Positions 19,076 to 28,539 of a stretch of 64,000 nucleotides of DNA are shown here, in pieces. Source of the stretch: a virus; the IMG/VR virus record IMGVR_UViG_3300050821_024094, positions 10,778-74,777 of that record; one strand, written 5' to 3'. The notes under the pieces are model-generated. The model searched no databases. It saw only the letters and a program-made list of their open reading frames with translations, and was not told the DNA's origin. Every line of letters starts with the position of its first letter. Positions within the stretch are counted from its first letter, which is position 1. A program made the translations under genes and the position numbers.

Positions 19076-19192
19076 GCGCCATCTCCAGGGCCATGAGCAC
19101 CATCCGGTGGCGCCGCGTTAGACACGAATCGAAACCCCGCCGCTGTTTCCAGCGACGGGGTCGTTTTGTCCGCCAGGTTTTTTATCGAGCGA

Positions 19193-19402
19193 TTACTGGC
19201 CTTCGGGGTTTCGCACCTGCGAGTACTCGCGACCAGTGATGGCCGTCGCAAGCGGGTCAGGCTTCGGAGGATTCGCTCGCAGTTGCGCCACGTAAGCCTC
19301 GTGCGCCTTGCAGGCCGCTTGGTCTGCCGTGCTCGGGCAAGGCAGGGCGTTAGCGGAGGTGGCGAACAGCGCAGCCGCAACAACGAGAACAACGTGTTTC
19401 AT
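19193..19402 (-). CDS. Small secreted protein
   Basis: AAGGAG SD; signal peptide MKHVVLVVAAALFATSANA. Confidence 0.65.
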   Translation of the reverse strand: MKHVVLVVAAALFATSANALPCPSTADQAACKAHEAYVAQLRANPPKPDPLATAITGREYSQVRNPEGQ

Positions 19403-19713
19403 GTTTGCTCCTTCTGTTGACGGCCGAGTTCTTTCACACCTCGATTTGCGAGTCGGCAAAGCCTCTTTGCGACTTGCGCAAAACGCGGACGGTGATGGCG
19501 GCGCTGGGCTCGGGCGCCTCCTCAATCTTCCGATCGTCTTCAACGGTGCTCGTGGCCGTTCACGTTGGGCTCGGCCGGAAGCATCTGCCCGGAGGAAAGT
19601 GCGGGCGCCCTGCTGAGGATTCAAAATGCCTAAAAGAAAACCCCGCGGCGGCCGACGATGCCAGGATTTCAAGTCCTGCCATCGCCGGCCTTGGCGCGGC
19701 GGGGGGTTATGGG

Positions 19714-19787
19714 TGGAGCGGGGAGCTGGAATTGAACCAGCACGTTCCGGCTGGAGACCAGGTGCTCTACCGTTGAGCTATCCCCGC
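19714..19787 (-). tRNA. tRNA-Gly(TCC) with atypical anticodon loop
   Basis: GCGGGGA acceptor stem, GCTC/GAGC D arm, TTCAATT T loop, U73 plus encoded CCA; anticodon loop TCTCCAG. Confidence 0.85.
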
Positions 19788-19796
19788 TTGAGCAGG

Positions 19797-20186
19797 TTAC
19801 TGCGCGGGGGCTGCAGGAGCCGCCGGAGCATCTGCGACCGGCGCGGCCGGAGCGTCGGCGACAGGAGCAGCCGGAGCCGCCGGAGCGTCGGCCGCAGGAA
19901 CCGCAGGCGCGGCCGGAGCAGCGTCTTGCGCGGGAGCCGCAGGCACCGGAGCAGCCGGAGCTGCCGGGGCCGGAGCCGGGGTCACGGCGGCGGTGATCGC
20001 GTCGTTGGTGGCCTGCATCTTCGCGACGATCGCGGAGATCGCTGCGCTGTCATCCGCCGGGACGGTCGCGAGTTGCGCGACGAGCGTGTTGTGATCCGCA
20101 ACGAGCGCGGAAACTTTGTCCATCAGCGCCTTCACGGCGACTTCGTTGGCTGCCTCGACGGCAGCGAGAGTGTCGAGGGCGGTCAT
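19797..20186 (-). CDS. Coiled-coil protein with Ala/Pro-rich repetitive tail
   Basis: AAGGAG SD before MTALDTL; PAAPA repeats. Confidence 0.7.
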   Translation of the reverse strand: MTALDTLAAVEAANEVAVKALMDKVSALVADHNTLVAQLATVPADDSAAISAIVAKMQATNDAITAAVTPAPAPAAPAAPVPAAPAQDAAPAAPAVPAADAPAAPAAPVADAPAAPVADAPAAPAAPAQ

Positions 20187-20358
20187 GATGTTGATGTCTC
20201 CCTTGGTGAGTTGTTCGAGATAGATCAAGCAGACGCTCACCTTGCGGGCGAGCTCAGCGAGGGACTCCTGGATGGAGGTCTGCTCCGGACTCATGCGTTG
20301 GCTGCGAAACATATCGAGCGCTCCCCAGAACATGAGTGGATGGTCGAATGCCGAAACG

Positions 20359-20393
20359 AAAAACCCCGCCAGCGCGGGTGCGCGGGCGGGGTT
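20359..20393 (-). terminator. Intrinsic terminator after portal
   Basis: AACCCCGCC...GGCGGGGTT stem followed by T run on minus strand. Confidence 0.65.
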
Positions 20394-20459
20394 GAACAGA
20401 TTCGTTCGATGTTGATCCGAAAGTTGCACGGTCAGCGAGGCTAGTCAAGGCACTTCGTT

Positions 20460-22118
20460 TTACGCCGCACCGATCTGGTCTTGCAGACCTTGATTGTCGT
20501 CTTTCGCGAGCAGAATTTTCTTGCCGGTGTTGCCGGTGTCGCCGACTTTCGGATCTTTTGGAGCACCGGGACCACCACCGGCCGCCGCAGTCGCAGCCGC
20601 GAGCGCCGCTGCTTGCTTGTTGTCCTCCTCCAATTGCTTGGCGAGGCGTTGCTCTTCGACCTCGGGATCGAACTGCGGTCCGAGGAAACCACGACGCGCC
20701 CACTCATCCCACAGCGTCTCGCGCGAGATGACACGGCTGTCGTGGGCTTCCATGAGCTCGGTGTTCTCGTTGGTCTCGCGCAGCTCCACACCGAAGTCGG
20801 TGTGGATGTAGACCTCGGGCTCGGCCTGAATGTTGAGCCACATGGCGGTGAAGACGAACAATTCCTCGAGCACGTCCTTTTCGTCGGACGCCCAGGCTTC
20901 GGCTGCGGCGTGAGCCTTGGCGGCATTGACGGCCTCTGCCGTTGCGGTGATGTGCCCGCCACCGCGCACGATCGGCGCCATGCCGAGCTTTGCCATTTGC
21001 TCCTCGATCTTGTCGACCTGGGCTTGCAGCTTCTCGATGGATTGACCGGCAGGCTCGATGAAGGTCCAGCTCGGGATCGACGACGTGAGGCCCGGTTGAG
21101 GAGGTGCAAAGCACACGAGGCCCGGTCCGATTCGAAGCTGCATCGGTTGTCCGGTGGCCGGGTCGATCGGCGGCGAGATGCCGTTGCCCGATAGCATTGG
21201 GAAGGCCGCCTGCAGGAGGATGTGCTTGAGGTTCGAGCTCTGCTGATAGTGCTCGATTTGCAAGTAGGCCAAGTCGGTCATCGGAGAGACGCAGGCGTTC
21301 GTCCACCACTCGCGCTCGCCCGGCTTGAACAAGCGGAACGGGAGTTCTGGCAGCGTGATGAAGCCCCCACCGACGAGCGCCCAGCCGGTGCCACCGACCT
21401 CCCAGAGCTGCCAGGTGCGATTGACACCATCGTCATCGAGCACGCGCACGCGGCGCACCGGGATCTCTGAAAAGCCAACGCGCTTGACGATGTCCTCGCG
21501 CAGACGGACGTGCTTGACGTACTTCCGCCCTGCCCGCATCTCCGTGTAGAGCGCGATGATGTCCTCTGCCCGATACATGGACCAGTAGGGGCGAGCGCCC
21601 AGGCGCCGCTCATCAGCGAGCGTCGAACCGGGATTGACGTTTGGGTAATCGACGAGCAGCCCGACGACGCCGAAGGCGACGCCCTCCTTGAAGATGTCAC
21701 GGGCGAACTTGTGCAGCGAGACGCCATGGCCGTCCACATCCTCCGCGATCTCGCGGATTTGCGGCGAGATGTCGTCACCCTGGAGCGCGACCTCTTTCGA
21801 GAACGGCTTCGAGGTGATGCTGTTGACGGAGTCCTTGAAGTGATTGACGAAGGGCGCGTACTTGTTGCGAGCCGTGTATTCGGTGTCGCTCTCCTCCGTG
21901 AACCGCGGAAGATAGAGCTCGCCGGCCGCACGAATACGACGCGCTCCGCCGAGGATGTCGCGGATCAGACTCCATTCGGGGAGAGCCGCCACATAGGCGA
22001 GCGACGGGACCGAGGGATCGCCGCCCTGTTCGATGAGCGATTGCGCGGGGAGCGGCGTGTCGCTCGTGAGCGGAGACCGGAAAGGGTCCGCCTTCTTCTT
22101 GCTGGTTGGTCGTTTCAT
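20460..22118 (-). CDS. Portal protein (DUF4055 type)
   Basis: W..IRD..GG...R.AGE.YLP...E...Y..R; RPYW..Y.AEDI; LAYLQIEHYQ..S; TAT. Confidence 0.92.
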   Translation of the reverse strand: MKRPTSKKKADPFRSPLTSDTPLPAQSLIEQGGDPSVPSLAYVAALPEWSLIRDILGGARRIRAAGELYLPRFTEESDTEYTARNKYAPFVNHFKDSVNSITSKPFSKEVALQGDDISPQIREIAEDVDGHGVSLHKFARDIFKEGVAFGVVGLLVDYPNVNPGSTLADERRLGARPYWSMYRAEDIIALYTEMRAGRKYVKHVRLREDIVKRVGFSEIPVRRVRVLDDDGVNRTWQLWEVGGTGWALVGGGFITLPELPFRLFKPGEREWWTNACVSPMTDLAYLQIEHYQQSSNLKHILLQAAFPMLSGNGISPPIDPATGQPMQLRIGPGLVCFAPPQPGLTSSIPSWTFIEPAGQSIEKLQAQVDKIEEQMAKLGMAPIVRGGGHITATAEAVNAAKAHAAAEAWASDEKDVLEELFVFTAMWLNIQAEPEVYIHTDFGVELRETNENTELMEAHDSRVISRETLWDEWARRGFLGPQFDPEVEEQRLAKQLEEDNKQAAALAAATAAAGGGPGAPKDPKVGDTGNTGKKILLAKDDNQGLQDQIGAA

Positions 22119-23075
22119 TGGGTGCCTATCTTGGAGCGGGATGGTTGTTCTTGTTTGTTCGGTTGCGAGGTACGGGAGTGAGTTATGCGAGGTAGGCGGG
22201 TGAGTTATTGGTCACGTTATTGGTCATTCGCTGTTGACTCACTTGCGGTATCGCCAAAAACCGCGCACGAGAACGGCAATGCTCTCAATGGGTTGTCTGG
22301 TAGAAATCCTCTCATGGCAGAAGTCTGCCATGACAAAGTTTGCGAAATTCAGAGGTAGAATCACAATTTTCGAGGCTTGTTAGTCTGCAAGTGCAGGCGC
22401 TTGGCCAAATTGTGGCGAAAGTTCTCCCCGCGCGTGTCTTGCATTCTTGGTTATGCTGACCCCCCATACCCCCTGCCCTTGGGTTCCTGATTCTTAAAGG
22501 AAGGAAACCCATGGGCGCCCCACCGGAAAAATTAGAGATCAACATCTGCGTTCGCGCAGAAGGACGGACCGCGAGTAGAGCCGCGGCCGTCATCGCCGCG
22601 TCGATCGCAATACTTGCCGCCGGCCTGATCCTTTGGTCAGTCGTGAAGCATCTTTAGACTGCGGCGACGTGTCCCCCGTAAAAATCCCAATAGCGAGAAA
22701 AGCGCGACCATATCTTGGGCGTTGCGCCGCGAGGCGATAACAACCCAAGATAACAAGGAGTTTAATCGCCATGATCGACTGGCGCATTACGGTTCGCAGA
22801 TGTCTCAATCGCATGAACGCATGGTGCGTTTACAAGGAGCGAGGAACCAACGGCACAGCAATGGCCACACGCAAAGAGCTCTCGCACCACAGGTCATTCG
22901 AGATCGCGCAAAGGCGCGCGACATATCTGAGGGCCTTACCGCACTGGGTGTGGGAACAACTGCACTCGGTTGGGAGCCGGGACTAACCGGGGATAGACTT
23001 AGAGAACGTGAACCTGAGCTAACCGCAGGTGGCCGGCGTGCTAGACTTCCCGCGTTAGAGCACGGGGTGATTTCG

Positions 23076-23466
23076 ATGAGGACAAAGTATCTGCTTGGCG
23101 CCGCCGGGCTACTCGGCGTAGCCAGCATGCCGATTCCCGTCAGTGCGCAGGGCGCCGAGCCGAAGTTCGAAACCGTCCAGGACCTTTATCGGATGTGCAC
23201 GGGCGGTGGTTTTGAGCGCTTTGGTTGCCTCGGCTTTATTAGCGGAGCGAATGGCGAGATGTCCTTATTCGGCGCGCTCGCCGATTCCCTTCGCGACCCG
23301 AGGGACCGTGTGCTGGTGAAGGAGCAGTCAGTGTGCGGCAATGGCACCAACGGAGCGGCGGTTCAGGCTTTCAAAAAACTGGGCAGAAAAACACCCGGAG
23401 ATGTGGAGCAAGCGACCTCTGACGGGCATCATCCTTGCCTTGCGCGAAACGTGGCCGTGCAAGTGA
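23076..23466 (+). pseudogene. Rap1a/Tai-family immunity protein with +1 frameshift in A6 tract (23373-23378)
   Basis: Signal peptide, LY..C...C.GFI.G; removing one A gives FKNWAEKHPEMW...ALRETWPCK*. Confidence 0.75.
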
Positions 23467-23470
23467 CCGT

Positions 23471-24532
23471 TTAGTGGGCGTTGGGCTTCACACATACTGA
23501 CAAAAGCCCAGGCAACTTTGCCGCGCCCTCGCTCATTGGCAAGTCTTCAAATCCCGCGAATACCGGGGCGCTCCGCGTCCCCTGAAGAGCCAGACCAACG
23601 TTCTTGGCAGTCGCAATGCGAGTCATAAGATTTCCATCGACGCCATACATCGCATTAACCCACCCGTTGATTATCTTCCTCTCGATCCTGTAGTTTTCAA
23701 TCGGAATGTACTGCCCGTCGACGACCAAAGAGTCTGCGCTCATCCTCATAATCACATCTCCTTGTACTCCCGCATCAAAAATAAAATGCAGAAATGGCTT
23801 TCCATCAGATGGGCAAACAATAAGAAGCTTATTGATTCCGTTGACAGTCTCTCGTTGGCCTTTGAGATAAATTCCGCCCTCAAAGCTCTCAATCGTCCAA
23901 GCAACCGACCCGCGTCCGTTGTTGATCACTCCTAATCGAAGAAGCTCCGGTTCAGCCAAGGTGACAGCCCGATCTCTGCCAGCGCGAGTAGCAATGGAGA
24001 ACAACTCGGTCGAAACGCCCATCTCCTTGATGTAAGCCACGACGGCGGCAGACAAGACCTGTGTGAGGTCGCTTTCATTCGGCATCGGCTTGTCGAAGAA
24101 AAACCTATGCACGCCGTATACAGAACCGTTTCCGAGGTATCGATATCTGCCTCCGAGAAAAGCGAGCGCACAGGCGCTAACACAAAATCCCGGCTGCACC
24201 TTCTCGCGTTTTTGGCCAACTTGTATGGTTAGATTGTGCTTCCGGATTGTCCGGCCCAACTCGATACCTCCCAATAAATTGCCCCCCGGTGAATCGATAA
24301 CCATTAAGCTTCCGTCTATGATCTTTCGCGCCTGAATTAGGGCGTCGAGCCGCTTGCCCGCGTCGGCATCAATTTCACCGGATGCGTAAATTTGCCATCT
24401 GAAATCACCCATGAGCGCCGAAACGGCTTCATTAGGGGGCTCGACGGCGAATTGCATCGTCTCTGCGTTCGCAGAGTTACAAAGCAATACCGTAACTACT
24501 ATTGCCGCGAGTGGTCCCCATTGCCTTGTCAT
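23471..24532 (-). CDS. Secreted protein with ClpP/crotonase-like (COG3904-like) domain
   Basis: Signal peptide; DSPGG...LGR.IR; C.SAC.LAFLGG..R; GVH. Confidence 0.75.
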   Translation of the reverse strand: MTRQWGPLAAIVVTVLLCNSANAETMQFAVEPPNEAVSALMGDFRWQIYASGEIDADAGKRLDALIQARKIIDGSLMVIDSPGGNLLGGIELGRTIRKHNLTIQVGQKREKVQPGFCVSACALAFLGGRYRYLGNGSVYGVHRFFFDKPMPNESDLTQVLSAAVVAYIKEMGVSTELFSIATRAGRDRAVTLAEPELLRLGVINNGRGSVAWTIESFEGGIYLKGQRETVNGINKLLIVCPSDGKPFLHFIFDAGVQGDVIMRMSADSLVVDGQYIPIENYRIERKIINGWVNAMYGVDGNLMTRIATAKNVGLALQGTRSAPVFAGFEDLPMSEGAAKLPGLLSVCVKPNAH

Positions 24533-24627
24533 TGGCGCGCCCCCGATCAATGCATCCCGCCACCATGACTCCAGGTCGGCTCAACTGCAACGACGCATCC
24601 GGCCGGTCCACACTTCGAGATGTTTCC

Positions 24628-24870
24628 TCAAATCTCGCCCGGCTCCTCGGGTCGCACGAGACGCGCGAGTATGAAGGCAACAAAGGATACGGCGCCGAAA
24701 AAGAGAGCCCCGGTCAAGGCGAGCATGATGACAATCATCAACCCCTCGCCCACATAATCGCGTGAGATAACTCTGTAGACCAAACTGGCAGCGAACACCG
24801 CCGTGCACACAGTGGCGATGCTCCGCATACCTCTCATCAAGCGCGTTAAGATCAGGCGGATAAAGCGCAC
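24628..24870 (-). CDS. Small 2-TM membrane protein
   Basis: Two hydrophobic segments; GGAGG upstream. Confidence 0.55.
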   Translation of the reverse strand: MRFIRLILTRLMRGMRSIATVCTAVFAASLVYRVISRDYVGEGLMIVIMLALTGALFFGAVSFVAFILARLVRPEEPGEI

Positions 24871-24906
24871 CCCGTCACCTCCAAATACGGCTCAGACGAG
24901 CCTATC

Positions 24907-25230
24907 GTGACCGCCAGAGACGTCACTGATGGGAGATACGAGCCCATGACCTTGTTGGATGACACCAAAGTCGTAGCCGAGGAGATCCTCGCGCCTGTCC
25001 CAGAGATAGCGAAGGACGCTTTCCAGGCCGAACTCGATTTCCTCGAGTGGAGGGCCGACAACGAGCCCGCACACTGCGAGGAGTTCATGGCGATGTTGGC
25101 GGATTACGTGCGGCGCGCGAAGCCTCTCGTTGATACTTACGCTCGGATCGCTCGCCAGCATCCGCCACTTATGGGGCGGTTCGTGGCAATCGTTGAGCCG
25201 ATCCGACGAGAGACGTTCGGCACCGAGTAG
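24907..25230 (+). CDS. Hypothetical protein
   Basis: Protein-like composition; GGGAG before internal ATG. Confidence 0.5.
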   Translation: MTARDVTDGRYEPMTLLDDTKVVAEEILAPVPEIAKDAFQAELDFLEWRADNEPAHCEEFMAMLADYVRRAKPLVDTYARIARQHPPLMGRFVAIVEPIRRETFGTE

Positions 25231-25241
25231 CTAGTCGCGCA

Positions 25242-25454
25242 TCAGCCGTTACTTTCTGGTGCCTCCGCGTGCAGGAGCGGATCAGTCGCCCAGAGCATCG
25301 AGTTGCCCTTGGCAGTGCCGTCCAGCTCGCGCGGAAGGATGAGGATTTGGGTTGTGTCGATGTCGGCGTGCTCTGGATCGAGGGCGCCGAGTAGCTGTGC
25401 CGTCTTGCGAGAGCAGATGATGAAGACCGGCGTGTAACCGTCACGGTCCGTCAT
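25242..25454 (-). CDS. Hypothetical protein
   Basis: Last gene of the coupled 26574-25242 mini-operon. Confidence 0.55.
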   Translation of the reverse strand: MTDRDGYTPVFIICSRKTAQLLGALDPEHADIDTTQILILPRELDGTAKGNSMLWATDPLLHAEAPESNG

Positions 25455-25641
25455 CGAGCGCCCTCACCGCTGCCCGGCCTGCGACTTCAGCGATGAGGAT
25501 GGTGCGTGCGCGTTCGCGATAGTCGCGCCACCTTGCGCCGAAGCTGTCGCCCATGGTGAGAACGCGCTGATCCGGGTCGACGCCCTCCGCATCGCACATC
25601 GCACGCGCGACGATCTGGACTTGCCGGTCGGTGACCATCAT
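25441..25641 (-). CDS. Hypothetical phage protein
   Basis: VARAMC...G.DPD...W..Y...AR pattern; coupled. Confidence 0.65.
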   Translation of the reverse strand: MMVTDRQVQIVARAMCDAEGVDPDQRVLTMGDSFGARWRDYRERARTILIAEVAGRAAVRALDDGP

Positions 25642-26021
25642 GACGCCCTCCGCCGAGATCTGGCGACTGCAGGCGCCTTCGCACCTGCTTCGAGCTCTGC
25701 GATCCGCTTGAGCGCGTCAGCGAGGTTGAGCGCGAGCGTGTCGCGGTCGTTCTCGACCTCGGTGAGCACGGCATCGAACGCCCGAAACATGGCGAAGACC
25801 TCCGAACGGGAGGGGTATTGCACCATGTCAAACGAGAGGCGCCGCGCGAGGTACAAGGCTTCGCGCGCGTTGTAGCTCGCCATCCGCGCGATGTGACGGC
25901 GTTGGATGGAGCCAAGGATGAAGCGGAGGATGAGGATCGCCACGCCGGTGGCGATGAGCACGATGACGATGGCCCTAAGCGCATCCATCGCGAAGCCGAT
26001 CCAGGCCAGACGCACCATCAT
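25638..26021 (-). CDS. Membrane-anchored coiled-coil protein
   Basis: N-terminal TM segment; coupled overlaps. Confidence 0.65.
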   Translation of the reverse strand: MMVRLAWIGFAMDALRAIVIVLIATGVAILILRFILGSIQRRHIARMASYNAREALYLARRLSFDMVQYPSRSEVFAMFRAFDAVLTEVENDRDTLALNLADALKRIAELEAGAKAPAVARSRRRAS

Positions 26022-26302
26022 GTCCGCGCCTTCTTCTGCTGGAGATTGAGGTAGACGCCCATGGCTTCGACGTCGCCCTCCTTCAAGACCTTCTGAAGCA
26101 GGCAGCCCAGCACGAAGTCGTTGACCTCAGCTCGAATGATCTGCGCCTCCTTGCGGAGCGGCCCGTCGATGAGCGAGCGGAAGTCCTGGTAGGGCACGCC
26201 GAGCGTGCGGCAGGCCGTTGCGGCGATGCCCCAGGACTCGCGATAGACGTTGAGGATGCGGTCCTGGTCGATGAAGGTGTTGTTGGCGGGCGCGTCGGTC
26301 AT
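26018..26302 (-). CDS. HTH protein paralogous to the terminase small subunit
   Basis: Aligns by eye with the core of 28540-29085. Confidence 0.65.
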   Translation of the reverse strand: MTDAPANNTFIDQDRILNVYRESWGIAATACRTLGVPYQDFRSLIDGPLRKEAQIIRAEVNDFVLGCLLQKVLKEGDVEAMGVYLNLQQKKART

Positions 26303-26574
26303 CAGAAGCCATCCCGGAAGGGAGCACCGTGGAGCTCCATGCAGTGGACGCCGAGAGCAGTGACCTTGCGGATTTCGTGGAGAGACGGTTCGACGCCGCC
26401 CGCCTTACACCACGCTGCCCGCGCCTTGGCGAGATACTCCTCCATGCAGACGATGAACTCGCCGGGCGACATGGCCTTTTCGTCGTGGCGTGCGGCGTTG
26501 CCCTTCCCCGCGTCCTGATACAGACGCTCACTGTCGACGGCAGAGTAGACGCGAGTGCGTGAGGCTTGCGGCAT
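26302..26574 (-). CDS. Hypothetical all-alpha protein (possibly MazG-like)
   Basis: ER.YQD...E..KV.AL...CME pattern; GGAG SD with CCCTACCAC motif. Confidence 0.65.
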   Translation of the reverse strand: MPQASRTRVYSAVDSERLYQDAGKGNAARHDEKAMSPGEFIVCMEEYLAKARAAWCKAGGVEPSLHEIRKVTALGVHCMELHGAPFRDGF

Positions 26575-26704
26575 TGAGAGGTCTCCGTGTGGTAGGGAAG
26601 TGATTTGTTATGAGGGCACGCTTGCCACATGCGCGGGCGCACGCAAGATTAAATCGACGCGCGCGTCACGCTTTTCGAGTACTGTGACCGTTACAGGCAG
26701 AAAT

Positions 26705-26905
26705 TCACACCCCACGAAGCGCCGCGACGATCGCGTGCAGCGCATCAGGACTAATCAGGACGCGGCAGTAGGTCTTGTCGGAGTCCATCGACTGGAGCGA
26801 CGACGCCTTGTCGAGCGCCGCCGCGAGCTTCAGGCGGTAGGCGGGAGTGTCATAGGCCGGGTCAATGGCCGCCGGTTCCTCGGTGAGGATGCTCGTCACG
26901 CTCAT
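26705..26905 (-). CDS. Hypothetical protein
   Basis: AGGA SD directly after terL. Confidence 0.55.
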   Translation of the reverse strand: MSVTSILTEEPAAIDPAYDTPAYRLKLAAALDKASSLQSMDSDKTYCRVLISPDALHAIVAALRGV

Positions 26906-26917
26906 GCTTGATCCTGT

Positions 26918-28480
26918 TCAATGTGAGAAGGCGTATCGGCCCTGGAGCGGGCCACTGGCTGTGACGGTGAGCGCACGGAAAGCGCCGGACGCTGCGTCTA
27001 CCTGGTCATCGTGAGCACCGTTCGGGAACGACGCGAGCTCGTCGAGGAAAGCCTCATTCCAGGGACCGCGCAGGAGCTTGACGTTGCCGGCCTCGGCTTG
27101 GGCGGCGAATGGATCGGCGCGGGTTCCCTTGTCGCCCGTCTCTGCCTCCGAGGTGACGACGTATCCCGCGAGATTGGAGGCGAGCTGGCGCACCTGGAAC
27201 TTGCCGGCCTGGCCGGGGTCTTGCGGGATGCGGATTTTGGTGCCGTAGCCGTCCGAGGTCGCGATGTTCTTCATCGTCGATTCGATAACGCCCGGCGACC
27301 AGCGATCGCGTGCGACGTCACAGATGTAGAAGATGCCCGTCACGGGATCGCGCCCCATGAGCAGTCCGACGGTGTAGTCCGGGTCCGACTTCACGTCGGT
27401 CGAGGACGCCAAGTCCCACGAGCGCACGCGATGGAACGCGACGGAGGCGGGAGCTGCCCCGACGATCTCGAACCAGGTCCGCTTGAAGGTGCCGCCCTCG
27501 CGAGCGGTCGGGCGTTGCTGGAGCTGACCGGCCGCAGCGTGCGAGCCGAGGCGGGTTGACCACTCCGCCAGAATGTCAGCGGTGAAGCGCTCCTTCCACA
27601 GCGGTTCGCCTGGGATGGTGCGAAGGTCGCACCAAACCTCCTTGATCGGCGACTTCTTCCGCACGACCTTGGTCTGGAACCCGATGGGATGGTCCCGCTC
27701 ATAGCTCGCCGGCAGGCAAACAATGTCCCAGCCCATCTCCTTCGCGAGAATGTGGCCCGTGAGATCGCGCTCGTGCGAGCGCTGCATGATGACGATGAAG
27801 ACGCCGGTCTTCGGATTGTTGAGGCGGGTCGGAAGGACCTCGTCCCACACCCGCAGCGTCTCTTCGCGGATGACCTCGCTCTCGATCTCTTTGATGTTGT
27901 GGGCGTCGTCGATGACGATGATGTCAGCGCCGAAGCCGGTGACGCCACCGGAGAACGACAGCGCCATGCGCGAGCCGCCCTGCACCGTGTCGAAGTCGGT
28001 GATGCGGTTCGAGTTGGGGTCAAGCTGGACGCGCTCGCCCCACAGCTTCGCGTACCACTGGCTCTCGATGAGCTGGCGGCACTTCTGCGAGTGCGCGTTC
28101 GACAAGCGGCCCGAATAGGAGATGTAGGCGAACTTCACCCCGGCGCCGTAATGGCGGAACACCTGCTTGCGATACGAAGGATCGCCCGATCGCCGCTTGA
28201 GGTCTTGCAGCCACGTCCAGGCCGGATAGAACACGTTGGCGCCGATCGACTTCATGTGCCGAGGCGGCAGATTGAGGATCAGTCGTTTGATCTGACCGTC
28301 CGCAACCGCTTCGAGGTGATCGCAGACGGCATCGATGTGCCAGTTGGATTGGAAGTCCGCAGGTTCGACGAACGGCCAGCCGAACTTGACGAAGGTGCCC
28401 AAGTCTTGTTCGCAAACCTCCCGCAGTGATGCCGCGATGTTATCGGGCAGGTTCGCGATGTCTTCGGGACGCATAGGCAT
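26918..28480 (-). CDS. terL: Terminase large subunit
   Basis: NLPPRHMKS, IIVIDD, IVIMQR, SWDLA, QDPGQAGK, FPNGAHDDQVDA. Confidence 0.97.
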   Translation of the reverse strand: MPMRPEDIANLPDNIAASLREVCEQDLGTFVKFGWPFVEPADFQSNWHIDAVCDHLEAVADGQIKRLILNLPPRHMKSIGANVFYPAWTWLQDLKRRSGDPSYRKQVFRHYGAGVKFAYISYSGRLSNAHSQKCRQLIESQWYAKLWGERVQLDPNSNRITDFDTVQGGSRMALSFSGGVTGFGADIIVIDDAHNIKEIESEVIREETLRVWDEVLPTRLNNPKTGVFIVIMQRSHERDLTGHILAKEMGWDIVCLPASYERDHPIGFQTKVVRKKSPIKEVWCDLRTIPGEPLWKERFTADILAEWSTRLGSHAAAGQLQQRPTAREGGTFKRTWFEIVGAAPASVAFHRVRSWDLASSTDVKSDPDYTVGLLMGRDPVTGIFYICDVARDRWSPGVIESTMKNIATSDGYGTKIRIPQDPGQAGKFQVRQLASNLAGYVVTSEAETGDKGTRADPFAAQAEAGNVKLLRGPWNEAFLDELASFPNGAHDDQVDAASGAFRALTVTASGPLQGRYAFSH

Positions 28481-28539
28481 GTACGCGCGCCGTCGCCGGC
28501 ACGCGCCCTTTTGTTCTTGTTCTTGGGAGTAGCGGTCGC

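Noticed and set aside
19714-19787. tRNA read as Trp(CCA), or as a prophage attachment site
   Set aside because: A CCA-centred 7-nt loop breaks the anticodon stem, and the body with U73 is Gly-like. It lies mid-prophage with no duplicated 3' end seen.
22312-22986. Short ORFs upstream of the portal gene
   Set aside because: Conflicting overlapping frames with no motifs; cannot choose a real gene.
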